A stretch of DNA of 60,000 nucleotides, taken from Callorhinchus milii. Its lineage: Eukaryota. The stretch's first letter is position 1. Every line of letters begins with the position of its first letter. The stretch spans positions 30,878,001-30,938,000 of the forward strand of contig NW_024704743.1 of NCBI RefSeq assembly GCF_018977255.1, read 5' to 3'. Both the position numbers and the translations under genes were made by a program. Positions 1 to 13,530 of the stretch are shown here, in pieces. The notes under the pieces were generated by a model that saw only the letters and a program-made list of their open reading frames with translations, did not search any database and had not been told where the DNA came from.

Positions 1-247
1 AGATACATCAGCCAGACCACCATGATGTTTAAACTGTCAGTATGAGATTGAGCATGTGTGGAATTGACAAAAGCTGGGTGAGTCACCCACACTAATACGC
101 AGTTCCATATTTCTTAAAGAGAGTCCCCACCTAAATCATCAAACTTGGGCCAAACAAATTGACGTACACGTAGATGCTTTGCCCAGAAAGAAAATCTGGA
201 TCAGATACAATTTGCATTTTAAATGCAGGTTTGACCTTATGCAGGCC

Positions 248-383
248 AATAAGTAATAATCATTGCATTTGATATAGCACTTTATCATGTTGAAATGTCT
301 CAAAGCGCTTCACAGTAATTACTGTTGTCCTTGTAGGCAAACATGGCAACCAATTTCCAGACAGAAATGTCCCACAAACAGCT
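248..383 (-). mobile_element. Old SINE 3' half (family C, Deu/SacSINE1-like, L2-type tail)
   Basis: Minus-strand match to the SINE 3' block repeated across the window (GCTGTTTGTGGGACA...TGTGAAGCGCTTTGAGACA...GTGCTATATCAAATGCAA plus TTA tail). Confidence 0.75.
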
Positions 384-904
384 AGCAGGTAAAAATGATA
401 TAGTTTCAGTTGAGTTGGGGTTCACTTTAGATTGACATTGGTAGTAAAACGATGATCAGAACCAGCTTTTCCTTCACCACCCATCTTGGGAGGCAAAGCA
501 TTGGTTGGACAGTGACATAGCTTTGCTGAGCTGAATTATGACAAATATATCACTGAAATTAAATTGGGCGGTAACACACAAATGTGGTTTGGGCTAATAA
601 CATACTGAGCCACTTGTGGACACGCACATAGCAGAGAAGCAGCCAGTCTCTCCTCATCACACTGTCCTCCTAATCACTAAATACAGTACCACCTGCAGCA
701 CTCTGGAAATCCATAAATGTACATTGTCACAATCACATCCTTCTGGGGATATGAGCAGTATAATAGTTTGGTATAATCCAATATTTGACAGCACTTGCAG
801 GAGGAGCTACAAATCTCAGCATTGCAAAAATATAAGAAGTCTCACAACTCACAGTTAATGAGTCTATAAAACACTCAATACAAAGGCTTACACGTCTAGG
901 GCAA

Positions 905-1165
905 CTTACAATCATTGAACTTTACAGCCCATCACGTTTGGTTGATGTTTTTCTCCGAGTGAGCCACCTAATCTAATACCACTTTCCTGCTTCTTGCCCA
1001 CACCCATTAATATTCTTTCATTACCTACAAATTACCTTCAAATCCAACAATTCCCTTCTGTTTAACCAATTGCTACAAAGCCACCTATCTGCTCACAACA
1101 CTGTAGATGTGCAAAGATACTTCAAAATAATTTAATCTAACCACAATTGAAATCCTTTCCATGGT
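905..1165 (-). mobile_element. Decayed CR1 LINE 3' fragment
   Basis: Resembles the reverse complement of CR1 3' UTR/ORF2 ends seen at 10690-11390 and 32788-33100; highly diverged. Confidence 0.45.
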
Positions 1166-1170
1166 GTAAC

Positions 1171-1562
1171 ATAACAATAATCCTTGCATTTGATGCAGCA
1201 CCTTATCACGTCTTCTAGACGTCTCAAAGCACTTCTCAGAATATACTGTAAAGTGAATTGACTGTATGTTTTGTGGGCAAAACGCGGCAGCCAATTTCGC
1301 ACAGCAGTGTCCTCCAAACAGTCGTGGATTGAGTGACCAAATCATTATTATTATTATTTATTGTTTAGTAGTTTTTGGAGGGATTATTACTGCCAGAAAA
1401 GTGATCAGCCAATTGACTAACAATCAGGTGCCTATTTGCTGCTAGGTAAACAAAGGCGTGTGGAGTAAGGAAACATGCCCAATGTTTCGCTCTGCCGGGA
1501 ATTGAACCCAGATCCTCTCACTTGTGAGGTAAGTCCTCTCAACACTAAGCTACAGGACTCCA
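1171..1562 (-). mobile_element. tRNA-derived SINE, family A, long form
   Basis: Minus strand: head TGGAGTCCTGTAGCTTAG, B-box-like GGTTCAATTCC, long linker TTGTTTACCTAGCAGC, shared 3' block, L2-type tail. Confidence 0.92.
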
Positions 1563-1764
1563 CTCATGGAGTGCATGGATGGATCCTGTCTTCCTCAATC
1601 GAAATACCACAATTCTACATCCTATTCAGCCTCCCAAAACAGTACCCCTAGAAGCTGGGAGAATGCCGAAGGTGAAGTAAAAGGAGAAAAGGTAGGTCCT
1701 GTATATGTGATTGATATGTCCAAAACTTCTATTCTACCGGAAGAATGTACTGCATTCATTACAT

Positions 1765-1848
1765 AAAAACATAAAAGCACTTTACCATAAATTTCTTTGA
1801 GACGTTCTCCTGACATGAAAGGCACTATGTCAAATGCAAGGATTATTA
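1765..1848 (+). mobile_element. L2/SINE 3' tail fragment
   Basis: TTTGAGACGTTCTCCTGACATGAAAGGCACTATGTCAAATGCAAGGATTATTA. Confidence 0.75.
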
Positions 1849-1950
1849 GAAGGCTTAGTTGAGGAAGGGCAGGAGGAGACTCATGTGGAGCATCAACACC
1901 GGCATAGACCAGTTGGGCCGAATGGCCTGTTTCTGTGCTTGTATATTTTA
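1849..1950 (+). mobile_element. CR1-type 3' terminal fragment
   Basis: GGAGGAGACTCATGTGGAGCATCAACACCGGCATAGACCAGTTGGGCCGAATGGCCTGTTTCTGTGCT, a typical CR1 3' end; related copies at 9041 and 23640. Confidence 0.85.
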
Positions 1951-2289
1951 ATGGATTCTAGTGTATTATTAAGAAACTAATAGTAATAATAAATAATATT
2001 ATTACTACTTCAGGGAATTAAACATTGTACCTAGCTCACAATTGAGAGGTGATCAGAGCATTGTGTCCTATAGATCCCCTTGGCTCTCGTGAACACTAAT
2101 ACAGGCAAGTGCATAAGTTTTCACACAAGCCACTGAGCTGCAATTCACCCACAACTGTAGATCTGATTCCAAACTGTTCCAAGTATAACTCATTATCAAC
2201 AACAAGGTGGATGCTTACATATAATGTATCATGACACATCGTCACATTACAGAAACTATAAAATAATTGCAAAAGGTAATAAAACTCAC

Positions 2290-2600
2290 TTTCCACAGGA
2301 CAGGAAAAGGAAGACAATTTAAATATAACTATTTAATAAATGATTACTCTTATTTTCTTGCATCTCTTAATCCTGGTTCTCCACCATTTCACCTAATTGC
2401 CTTACTTTCCAAGAATCTATCTATCTTGCTTTTAAATGTCCCAATCAATTTCTGCACCTATAACCTTGTGGGGTGGGGGATCCTACATTCTCACTACCTT
2501 CAGTGTGAAGCAATGGTTTGTGATCTCCTTTTATTCAGCTTACCTCTAATTTTAAGACCAGGATCTCTTGTTATAGAAGTAGATCTGATTCAATTTACTT
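2290..2600 (-). mobile_element. Decayed CR1 LINE 3' fragment
   Basis: TCCAAGAATCTATCTATCTTGCTTTTAAATG...CATTCTCACTACCTTCAGTGTGAAG is the reverse complement of a CR1 ORF2 C-terminal region. Confidence 0.55.
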
Positions 2601-3714
2601 TCCCTCTCATCACAGCATCCCCCAACTCAAACAGAACTAATCGTACTAAAAGATATTACAACTTAGCATGTGTCTTACATTTATATTTCTCCATTAATGG
2701 TTATGACTTGACATTGAGTGGGAGACTCACAGCAGACAGGGTTACAGAACCTTTCCTGGCACAACTAATTTATTCAGTTCTGTGCTTTATTTATTAAGAA
2801 ACAAACGTTTCGACTTAATGGGCGCTGTTCCTGAAAGCACAGATGGTTACTGAGCTCTCTTGTTCATTTATACCTTGTTGATTCAGTCCAGGTAAATCAG
2901 CGAAGAGTATTTTATAACAGACTTGTTGCTCAATACATTAACTTTGTTCCAGGCAAGTTCAGACAGAGTCAACACAGAAAACTGCTGGAACTGGGGGATT
3001 AATGTGACAATTTACATGAATGACTCCTTCAGGCATCAAGCTTATATCGTTGTACCTTAGGCGAACAGAATATTTTTCTTTTGGCTTCATAATTACAACT
3101 GATGACCTTGTATATCTGTCAAGCCCGAACACTGTGCTAGAAGACTGTCGATTGTTTTAAACGTGTATCTTATGACAGTGCAGAGTGTTTCCTCTTGTGG
3201 GTTTCACAAAATATCTGGAGGGGAGTTGTATGCAGAGACAGCTTGAAAGCGTGTGGCTGCAGAATGACGAACTTGCAAAACCAACAGATGGTAGAGTGTG
3301 GTAATTTAATACACCGAGGATTACTTGCAACTTTTTTTTCTTGTAAAATATGCCCAGGTTGGAATTTCTCATTATGTTCTGTTTGGGTACCCGCTCAACC
3401 GTTCGGATGTTGTAATTTGGTCATCATTCACCTCTCTTCGCCCCCCACCCACCCATCCCCCCACCCTCAAAGAAGTGTTTTGATTGCTTCACTAGAAGTG
3501 ATTTTGAACTACTTTAGTGATGTTCTTTTTGTAATCTGCAGTATTCAGCGGAACAAAGCTCAAGAATACAGTATCCATTACTCACGCATCTATCTGTCGA
3601 TATCAGGTGAATTTCACATGCGGTATTCAAAATCAATCAACCAGCCACTGTTTTCTCTCTCTCTCTCATTTTGTACTCAGGCTGATTGAGAAGCAGAAAT
3701 GTAATTAAATAGAT

Positions 3715-3985
3715 TAGTGCCAAAGCACAAGTAAGGATAAGCACCAGCAATGTACAGGAGTGACTGCTTGGATTGTTTTGATTCAAACTCAGCCAGGCCC
3801 GTCTAAGCCCAATACTCACTGACAATATCACTCATGGCACTGTGACCCTTTTTCCAGACATTGTTAGCGGAAGTGGGTGATGGAGAGAGGACTCCAAGCT
3901 CCAACCAAGGAAAGCTAGACTTCTGCTTGCTTAGCCGAGATTGGTGTAATAGGCAAAAGGTAGCCAGGAATCAGATTTTAAACCC
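3715..3985 (-). mobile_element. Ancient dispersed repeat, family B (SINE-like)
   Basis: Diverged reverse-complement similarity to copies at 6300, 6790, 23030 and 58930. Confidence 0.5.
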
Positions 3986-6299
3986 ATCAGTTTATTTATT
4001 ATCTCTAATTCAACAACAACTTGCATTTATATAGGGTAGGGGCCCAGAGCGCTTTAATTCAAGGCTTAAAACAAAAGTGAGGTACAAAATCATTACAGTT
4101 TGCAAACAGAACTGGTGTAGATTTTTCAAAGATGTCTATCGAAAGTGTCTTCAAACCCAAACTAAATTATTCATGCAAGTGATTGGTGAAAACGTATCCT
4201 GTGAGCATTCTGAAAGTTGTGTCTCAGCATTATCACCTCTTGCCTCATGCTGCTGAATCCCCCGTTTCACACCAGTAAATAGCTGTGAGAGGACGAGATT
4301 GCTAATATAGCTGTGAATCATGTTAAAAAGGTGCGATTTTACACAAATGGGATTCTCACAAGCGACTGTATTCGTGTTTGCAATTGAGTATGTGAAATCT
4401 GGAGACTTTTCAAATGTATTTCCTTCAGCAAACATGAAATAACATGACATTAACTTGTGACTCCCACATAGGTTTGATGAAATCTGCATACCTAGCTGTA
4501 GAAAGGCTGAAGATAGGGAGATAAACTATTATTGTTTAATTTCTATGAGCCTGCATATTATGAATAAAATATAATACGTGCTTCACCATTGTTTTTGCTT
4601 AAACATTATGAACCTGTATATTAAGCAAGATCTCTGACGTCTTCAAAATGAAGCTCAGATTCTATCAGACTGCTACTTGAGGTAAACAAGAAACTGATTC
4701 ATACCTTCAAGCCATAATAGAATGGTGACCTTAAATGTTGCAGCAAACCCTCAAGATGGCAATCACTGGAGTGAATGAACAGCACCAATTCCATATAAAA
4801 CCCCCTTCAGATTAAGATTTGCATTTGAAAGTGAAAGCACTGCTGTTAGAAAGCAATGGATTCACATCTTAATTAGCACTAGTCCCACTCCTGTTATTTT
4901 ATTCACAGTTGGCAATCCTAATAGGAAATATCCAAATTATACTGTCATTTTAATTTTTAAAAAAATTAAGGTTAGTATTTCCTCCCAGGATTGTTAACTG
5001 GTTTGGGACGTCCTCCCCAAATGAAAGTCACTATATAAATATAAATTTGCATTGTTGTAATGTATATTGGAGTTGGTCTGTGTAATCACCTTAAAATAAA
5101 ATGTCTAGTTGGCCTTCAATCCAGAGAGATAGAGCAAACTCACATACTTAATACCCCAAACTATTTGTTTCCTTACTGCACCATAGTTTATCTCCTACAT
5201 CAATAAACTTGTGAGATATATGCCAATCTGAACAGTTGGTACTTGAACCTTGCTTGACCTGAACAGATGTACTAAGCTCCATCTAAGCCCTCTTCCTAAC
5301 AGCAACCCAGCTCCCCTAGTCCATGGGAATCCCATTGATTCCTAGCCCCAAACTTACACAATCCAGACAGGAGGGAGTAGAGATGATAATAATAGCGATC
5401 CCTTGAAAACCATTTACAGACTGTTCTCATATTATGATAAGAATGTCCCCCAACACCTCCCACCCCACACTACTTTGCACTACAACCCTTATAACAGCTA
5501 CCTCCAAACCAACCTAGCCTGGACATCTGGCTGATGGTGTAACGTACGACACCAGCAGCGTATCATATACAAAATGCACGACTGTGGTGACTTGCACTCA
5601 TCAGAATTAACTGATTGAATCACCAACATGTAGCTGGGCAAATATCAAAACCTGCATCAGAATATTTTTGCACTCAATAATATTCTGCAACATTTACAAA
5701 ATATTTTCATTGGCTTTTGAAAGGTTTATATAGGTTTGCACACAGGACAAAGTAATGGTTTGCATTTTTAGTGACTCCCAAGATACAGTATGACTTTGTT
5801 GGAATATCTGTACTGAACTGAAACATAGAGAGCCTGTAACAGTGCAACTTGTACATTGTCTGTGGAACTGAATGGGCTTGATGGGAATTGCACATTCTCA
5901 TTTACCCAATTTGTGTTCCAGGCTATATGACAGAAATAATTCATGAAAAGGCAAGCACATTACGTATTATGTTGGATACAATTATCACCTGATCTCTCCG
6001 TGGGATTATTTCGCAGGAAACCAAATTTCTCTTTTCCTCCACTGAGAGGAAAATGAGATCTTTGGGCATAAGTGGATTGACCAGCAGGAAATTGGTTTCC
6101 GTCTACATGAGGAAAATTGCTCCCCTGATTCCTGAGTGAACACATGCCCTTTGCTGCAATATCCCAATAGACATCTCTGTTTTCAAGTAAGCAACAAGGA
6201 AAAATAAATACATTAACAAAAATAGAAAGCTCTGTCTAACACAAGTTAAACTAAATCCGGTTAAAAGTCTACCAATGGCCAAGGTGGATAAAGACACTG

Positions 6300-6590
6300 G
6301 CAGTGTGACACTTATACAGACCAGGTCACACGATCGATTTCCGTTGAGTGCTCAGTTAGCTGATGTTAACTCTGGTGGAAGTTGTGATGTTACCATTGTG
6401 CTTAGTGTCGCTGGGCTAGAAAGGATTAAAAAAGCATATCGTTCCTCCTCCAGAGGAGGGACACATGTGAGAACATCAACTGTGGGAAAAGGATCAGACA
6501 GCTCTGATGTACACTCAACTAGCCTGGCAACACTCACTGCCAACACTCACTGCCATCATTCACTGTCTGCCTCATTGGGTGCCGAGGAAG
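6300..6590 (+). mobile_element. Family B repeat
   Basis: CAGACCAGG...CAGTTAGCTGAT...CTGGGCTAG...TAGCCTGGCAACACTCACTG shared with other B copies; explains spurious ORF 6275-6622. Confidence 0.6.
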
Positions 6591-6789
6591 GTGGGGGGGT
6601 GGGGGTGCAGAGAGATGACTGAAAGTTCAGTCAAAGAGGTAGGTCTTGAGATGCCGCACCTTGAACGAGATGAGGTGAGGGACAGAGCAAGTCAGAGAGA
6701 ATGAGCAAAACGGCTGAAAGCCTGACCGTCAATCATTATTGTGAGGTTATTGGGCTTATATGTTTAAAAATCATTTTGCACAGCTCATC

Positions 6790-6945
6790 CAGTGGCTGGC
6801 TTGGTGAACTATGTGCAGTGCAAAACAGCCATATAGACCCAGAAAGCCATACGTTTGATTCCTAGTTTGTTCTGTCTTAGCTGATCTCAGCCTGGGCAGC
6901 AGGCGTGTCTGGCTTTAAGAGGAAAAAAAATCAGCCTGTGTTCCC
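6790..6945 (+). mobile_element. Family B repeat, 5' part
   Basis: GTTTGATTCC (B-box-like) followed by TTAGCTGATCTCAGCCTGGGCAGC. Confidence 0.6.
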
Positions 6946-8583
6946 TCTCTCTCTCTCTCTGAGTCTCGAAATTTCTCACAGTCTTACTCTTGAGACCACT
7001 GTCTTAATATTTAAGATCATGTATCAGTTTGGAATATTCTTAAATTCAGTCTTTTATTTAGTATGTCATCATGACTTTTCAGAAAGACTGAAAGTCATAA
7101 ATCTCAGCAGGGAAAATTCACATTCAAATTCCAGCCACTTCCTTCGTGATTATCGGTGTGACATTTGGGTCTGTGTGGTATTTATCACATCAAACAAACT
7201 GGAAGCTGGACTGCTGCCTGGCTGTTCTCAGTATTGAAATCCATGAAATTGTATCTCTGGCCTCATGGACCCATTGTGACCTCTCAACATCAGTTACCAA
7301 GATACTGGAGGGTTGAGTATTTCTTTAGTAAAAACACGTTATCCCATTAACCAGCAGTCAAAGGCTGTGAACCTCAATCCCAACTCTGAGCACAGCTTCT
7401 TCGACTTTCCCACTGGCAATGGCCTTGGAAGGTATGCCTCCAGCCCATTCAACATGATTAATATCTTAACCCCAATATTCTTTCCTCCTAACAATGAGTC
7501 AGTGAGTTTCTAACTGCATTTTAATTTGTAGGCACTGGCCCAGATAGTGGGTGTGGTTGTTGTGGTCACCCAATTGGGGCCAAAATTAACAATCCTGACT
7601 TTTGATATAGCACCTTACATGTCAGGAGGACATCTCAAAGGGCTTTCACCTCAATAGTGAGGAACAAAGGAAATTGAATTTCCTCCTCCACTTTATCTTC
7701 TTGTTTCACACGTTTGTGATCTAAATTCAGCTTTGAGCCATCGATTTTTCGCTTCAATTATCATTTTCATGTTTTCCTGCGATACTGAATTTTCTTCCCC
7801 TGAATCTACCCATTTTTAGGATTTGCATTCATGCTTTGGTTGCAGTCTTGGACTGTGCCTTTGGCCAGACATACTCAAATTACTGAGGGAATCAATCTGC
7901 AAGAATTGTAAAGCATTCACTTTGAGCTGCAGCCATCCCAAGGAGAGGGTATCTTGAGGTTTTGTTGAAATTGGCTGCTAGCCCTTCATTCCAATTGTGG
8001 CTGACAATCTCCTAACAAGAATGCTATTACTTTCGATTTCTAACAATTCAGCTCTCAATAGAAGAACTGACATCTTCTTATTACCGAACCACTATTAACC
8101 ATGAAGGCATTCCTACAAAAGACATGATTGAGCCTGGAGGCACCATCACATACCCACAGAGGAAAGGTCGTAGCACAGCATTTTCACACTGTATATTTGC
8201 ACAACCTCAATTAAGCTAAACTTCAACAATTCCAGCTTTTTGTGATGATTTTGTATTCAGAAATCTGAATGAGATATTGATGAAATAGCCACAGGTGTTT
8301 CTCAGGAGACATTGGCATGGTATCAAGAGATATATCTATGTAAACATTGTTAAAGCACTTTTTCTGGATTAAAAGAGAAATTGTAATCTGTCCTGTTATT
8401 TTATTGAAGTTACTGGGTAATGAAAATTGGGAGATATATTGGCCTCTCGCATTGCTATGCCAATACCAGGAACGTGCAGGTAAGCCAGTTCCGGTACTGT
8501 GCATGCAAAAAAACAGAACCAGATTTTGAGCGTATTCCTGGTCCGGCATTGTAGCTAGGCGGGGCTTCGTCAGAACACCTGCA

Positions 8584-8936
8584 ATAATAATAATCTTTGC
8601 ATTTGATGTAGAACCTTATCATAGCATTGAGATGTCTCAAAGCCCTTCATAAATATATTGTAAATTTTTTGGTGGGCGAAACTCGGCAGCCAATTGCACA
8701 CAGCATTGTCCTGCAAACAGTCGAAGATTGAGTGACCCAATTTTTTTTAAAAAGCGATTATTATCCCCAGAAAAGCGATCTGCCAATCGACTAACAACCA
8801 GGTTCCTACTTGTTGCTAGGTAAACAAAGGCATGTGGAGTAAGGAAACTTTCCTAAGGTTTTACCTCGTTTGTGAATCAAACCCAAGTCCTCTCCTTGCG
8901 AGGTGAGTACTCTAACCAAGTTACTACAGTACACCA
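8584..8936 (-). mobile_element. SINE family A, long form
   Basis: Full head, linker, 3' block and (TTA)n tail. Confidence 0.92.
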
Positions 8937-9040
8937 CAAATCAGACACCGGAAAATATCAAAAAATTTGCATTTTACAAATTAAATTCAGGTTTAATTTT
9001 TAAAAGGTTTCAAAGGTTTAATTTTTAGAAAGTTATGCTT

Positions 9041-9140
9041 GAAGGCTTAGTTGAGGAAGGGCAGGAGGAGGCTCATGTGGAGCATAAACACCAGCCGATG
9101 GTTGAGCCGATTGGCCTGTTTCTGTGCTGTTTATTCTAAT
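9041..9140 (+). mobile_element. CR1-type 3' terminal fragment
   Basis: Closely similar to 1849-1950. Confidence 0.85.
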
Positions 9141-10075
9141 GTAGGTTAAATGTGCCTTTAAAGATTGACTTCCACCAGAAAGAAACAGGGATTATTGTTG
9201 AAAATCGACTTGAATGGTTCTTAACCATGTATCCAGACATCTGTATGCCTGGCACAGAATGAGAGGCTCTTCTTCAGATTAAGAGGAGGCTGAAGCCTGA
9301 AAGAAGCCAAGACGTCCAAAAAAAATTGCATGGTCTTAGCTTTAATACCACTGCCTCAAAATGTAAGATTGTGCAGAGTTTTGAAATACTGTATTCTTAA
9401 TTCAGTCTTAATTTGAAAGCCAGTTTTCTGCAGTACTTAAATTTTAAGACCAAGTCTCTGAGAATTTCAGACCTCAGATTCCCTTCTCTGCAGTACAATC
9501 CAAAACATATGAAATCTCTGGATGTCTGCTGATCCAGTAAGTCATGTGTAACATATTCAGTCAGACCTAGCAGGCAGTGCTCTGTAAAAATGTTTTAGCT
9601 TTCCTTCCCATTCTTTATTATGTGAAATTGCAAACAGTGTAAGTATTGTCTGGAGAATTACACAATGCAACAGAGATACAATCCATGGCAGAAATAAAAT
9701 GCAATGTGACAATTTGAAGTCCAGTACAATAACAAAGAAATACATCAAATGAAATCATATCCAAGTATGGGGCAGATGATTGAACCCACAGCTTATTAAA
9801 CACTGAGACTGTAGAACTGCCTGCTGTCTGGCGAGGAGTGATTTATTGTTCTTCTTCAGGGCTTATTCAATGTCAAGTTGTTTTAAATCCAGACCAGGCC
9901 TGCAAACTTCCATTTGCCTGGAAACTGTCAAGTAGTTAGGCGTACTTGCTAGCTTTTTGGGTGTGGAAAAATAAAGTCACTCACCACCTTGCAACAAAGA
10001 TGGTGGCTTTTCATCGCCAATCGATCATGGAGTTTCTCTACATTTACACTGATACCACTTCTGTGTAGTGCTTTA

Positions 10076-10340
10076 TAATAATAAAAATCCTTGCATTTGA
10101 TATAACACATTATCATGTCTTCGAGACGTCTCAAAGCTCTTCACAGAATAAACTGTAAAGTGAACTGACTGTATATTTTGTGGGTGAAACGCAGCAGCCA
10201 ATTGCACACAGCAGTGTCTCACAAACAGCTGTGGATTGAGTGAACAAATTATTATCTTTTTTTGAAGGGATTATTATGTTTCTGCCCAAGAATCAAACCC
10301 AGGTCCTCTTGCTTACGAGGCGAGTACTCTAACCACTATG
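10076..10340 (-). mobile_element. SINE family A, internally deleted
   Basis: Tail, 3' block and tRNA head present; linker missing. Confidence 0.88.
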
Positions 10341-10689
10341 CTTTGAGTCATCCGCCTGATGTGAAAGGAGCTATATAAATGTATGTTGTTGTTGATGCTC
10401 TCCTGTGTGCCTTTAACAAATTCCTCACTACCACCACAAGTGTACATTTTAAAGTTATGTTTGCGCGTGGAAATGAAAGTTAAGTTAAAAATGCAATTCA
10501 AGTATAACTGGAGTTTATATAATTTTAGATAAATGTATAATTTTCTAGCATTGATCCACAAACCTCCCACTCAACACTTTCTAAACCTTGATTTGTGTAA
10601 GATGGATATGTAAGATGGATGGACGGATGAATTCTATGTAGAGCATTTTCAGTAGCAAATCATTCACCAACCCCATTACCATTTAATCA

Positions 10690-11390
10690 CAAGAGACATT
10701 GGGCTGGAGATAGCCACTTGGTCTGCCATTTAATACCTTCTTTGCATCACAGTATCCAGCTGTTTCTTAAATGAGTAATGTCTTGGCCACAATCACGCTT
10801 CCTGATAACTTGTTCCAGCTGTTGATCATCCTCAGATTGAGTTAGGGCATGATGTTAGGGCTAGCTTTGGGTCTAACTATTGTTGGGAAACTATTATGAT
10901 CCACGATGTTACTTATTGCTGAATTTTTCACCCTGTAGAAATGTATAGGACTGCAAGAGACCATTGGAGTCCATCTGGGTGATCCCAAACTAGAAAACCT
11001 AAATCAAAACACTAATAAAAATTCTACACTACTCTGTTTCTCACCACTCTGCTCAATTGAATTCTATTTAAATAGTTATCCAATTCCCTCTTGTATTTGT
11101 GCAATCTCACTGCGCTGCCACCCTGGGTTCTCTATTTCAACTATTCACCACTCTCTGTGTAAAATAATTTAATCTGAACAATCTTCCCTATTCTAAACTG
11201 AAATCTGTGTCCCTTTGTGCTTGATTTTGTGATAGTGCTGAAGATATTATTTGGTTCAGTTGATCTATGCCTATAGAGATCTTGAATATTTCACAAAGGT
11301 CTCCCCTAAATCTCTTCTTCTGTAAGCCTTCCTAGCTGCTCCTTCTCACCAGTGCCTATCTTCTCAGCTGTCTTCTGGACACAGGTCTCT
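10690..11390 (-). mobile_element. Cluster of decayed CR1 3' fragments
   Basis: GTATCCAGCTGTTTCTTAAATG and TATTCACCACTCTCTGTGTAAAATAA...AGGTCTCCCCTAAATCTCTTCTT are reverse complements of CR1 ORF2 C-terminal motifs (RRLRGDL, FTQRVV). Confidence 0.7.
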
Positions 11391-11959
11391 CTCTGTGCTC
11401 AGGAATAATTCAGGCATTGAATAAATCAATGTTTCTCTCACTCTGTGAAAGATACTGAATTGCTTCAGTAAGTTTTCCAGATTTATTTTGTAAACCTAAG
11501 TTAACACGTCACAGTTCACGATGATTATCAATGTAAATTGGAGTTGGGGGCCAGCACAAATCACACTGGAGCCACACTGGACAATACCCAGAGGAGGTGT
11601 TTTCAGGAAGCAATTCCATTCACTTTTCTGCAATATAAACAGAATAGGTCCAAAGTGAATTGGGCTCAACCCCTCCAATGGCCCATTGAAAGCAGTCTTA
11701 AAACTTTTAAAGGAATTTTTAAAAAGTTATTAAACTTTACATTTTTTAAAAAAGTTAAGTATTAAGTTATTTATTCAATAAAGCGCCTTGCGAGGACCTC
11801 CCAATGTGAAAGGTGCTATATAAATGCAATTTGTTGTTGTAAATATTCGTGAATGTTCACCTATAATATTAAAAACTCTGTACCCCCATCACACCAGGTT
11901 TAGCCAGGATCCACTATCACTGAAAGGATCAATTCAAGATCCTCACACTAGTTTCCAAA

Positions 11960-12228
11960 TGCCTTCATGCCCTGGCTCCTCAATACCTCTCCGATCTGCT
12001 TATTCCCTAATCCACTACCCGCTGCCTCCGCTTGATTAGCTCTGGCCTCCTGCTTGTCCCTTGTGCCCTCCATTCCACCATCAGCAACTGAGCTTTCAGC
12101 CACTACACCCCCCCTTCCCGTGCTTATCGTCACCCCTAACCCCTGGCCCGGTGACAGGCTCTGCCACCGTCAAGGGCTCTGAGACGTTACCTTGCATGTG
12201 AGACACTACATAAAAGTAAGTTGTTGTG
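11960..12228 (+). mobile_element. L2 LINE 3' fragment
   Basis: C-rich L2 ORF2 end, followed by GCTCTGAGACG...GTGAGACACTACATAAAAGTAAGTTGTTG tail. Confidence 0.7.
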
Positions 12229-12536
12229 AACATTTGGTTTTATTGAATTTCTTCAACACAGTAAATCTCTACTAGATATTTCTGTGGCAAGCTAACCACT
12301 GAAGTGTACAAAGTCTGTGCAATTCCCTGCTGGCATGATTACACATCCATGGCTTGTACAGATCTCAATGTGAAAGCTCACTGAGGAAAGCCTGAGATAA
12401 AACTAGAAAAGATACAAAAAATTAGCATTGCGATGACAACATTATTGTTTACATTCACTTGTAAAATACATAATCACTACACTTTACAGTAAAACCCTGA
12501 AGTGCTTTGACATCCTCCTGATGTGAGAGATGCTAT

Positions 12537-12892
12537 ATTATAATAATCTTTGCATTTGGTATAGTGTCTTATCACGTCTTCAAGACGTCTCAAAGCACTT
12601 TACAGAATATATTGTAAAGTGAAATGACTGTATATTTTGTGGGTGAAATGGGGCAGCCAATTACACACAGCAGTGTCCCAAAAACAGTCATAACCCAATT
12701 TTCTTTAAGGGATTATTAACCCTGGAAAAACAATCCGCCAATCGACTAACAACTGGGTTCCTACTTACTGCTAAGTGAATAGAGGCATATGGAGTAAGGA
12801 AACTTGCCTAATGTTTTGCCCTGCCCGGGAATCAAACCCAGGTCTTCTCACTTGTGAGGCGAGTGCTCTAACCAATACCCTACAGGGATCCA
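12537..12892 (-). mobile_element. SINE family A, long form
   Basis: Full-length structure as at 1171 and 8584. Confidence 0.92.
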
Positions 12893-13194
12893 CATATTAA
12901 GTGCAAGGTTTATTATTAATAATATCATTAATAATGGCCTGAGCATATCTTCCTCCTGTGATGGTCTTGATCCATGTACTATTGCAGAGCACACAGTTTG
13001 CCTTTAACAGTGCAACGATCTTTGCCCTTGATATTTAAATCCTTGTAATTCGCTGCATGCCATTATTCGGATAAAATCGGGTTACATAAGTCCAAGTATT
13101 TCATTATAACTACCACATAAAAATATGTGGTGTAGTGTAAAAATGATAACATATCAGATATCCAAGGTAGAAAATTGTGGTTTGAATCATAGCA

Positions 13195-13530
13195 AATTTA
13201 GGAATATACTTTGAAGGTTGTCAGGCATTTATGAAACCCATATTCAAGCCCCACAATGGAACTCATATAATCTATGCTGACTCTCCAAGTGCAGTGGTGG
13301 GAGTGTACTGAATTGCCAGAGGTGCCATCTATCAGATGAGATGTTAAATCAAGGTCCATCTGTTTGTTCAGCTGGACGTTAAAAATCCCATGGTATTGTT
13401 CAAAAAGAGAAGGGATTTTCTCCTGGTGTTCTGGCCAACAATTCCCCAAATGAAATTGGTCACTCACTCCATGGTTGTTTGCAGGACACAGCTTTGAAGA
13501 AATCGGCTGGCGTATTCCCCCACATGATCA
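13195..13530 (+). mobile_element. Old SINE family C (Deu-domain, SacSINE1-like)
   Basis: GAGGTGCCATCTATCAGATGAGATGTTAAATCAAGG...GGACGTTAAAAATCCCATGG...GGTGTTCTGGCCAA, recognised as the Deu central domain. Confidence 0.8.

Noticed and set aside
2267..2797. 176-aa ORF
   Set aside because: TTG start, overlaps an antisense CR1 remnant, no recognisable domain.
3195..3689. 164-aa ORF
   Set aside because: GTG start, runs through low-complexity tracts, no homology recognised.
6275..6622. 115-aa ATG ORF
   Set aside because: Lies mostly within a family B repeat.
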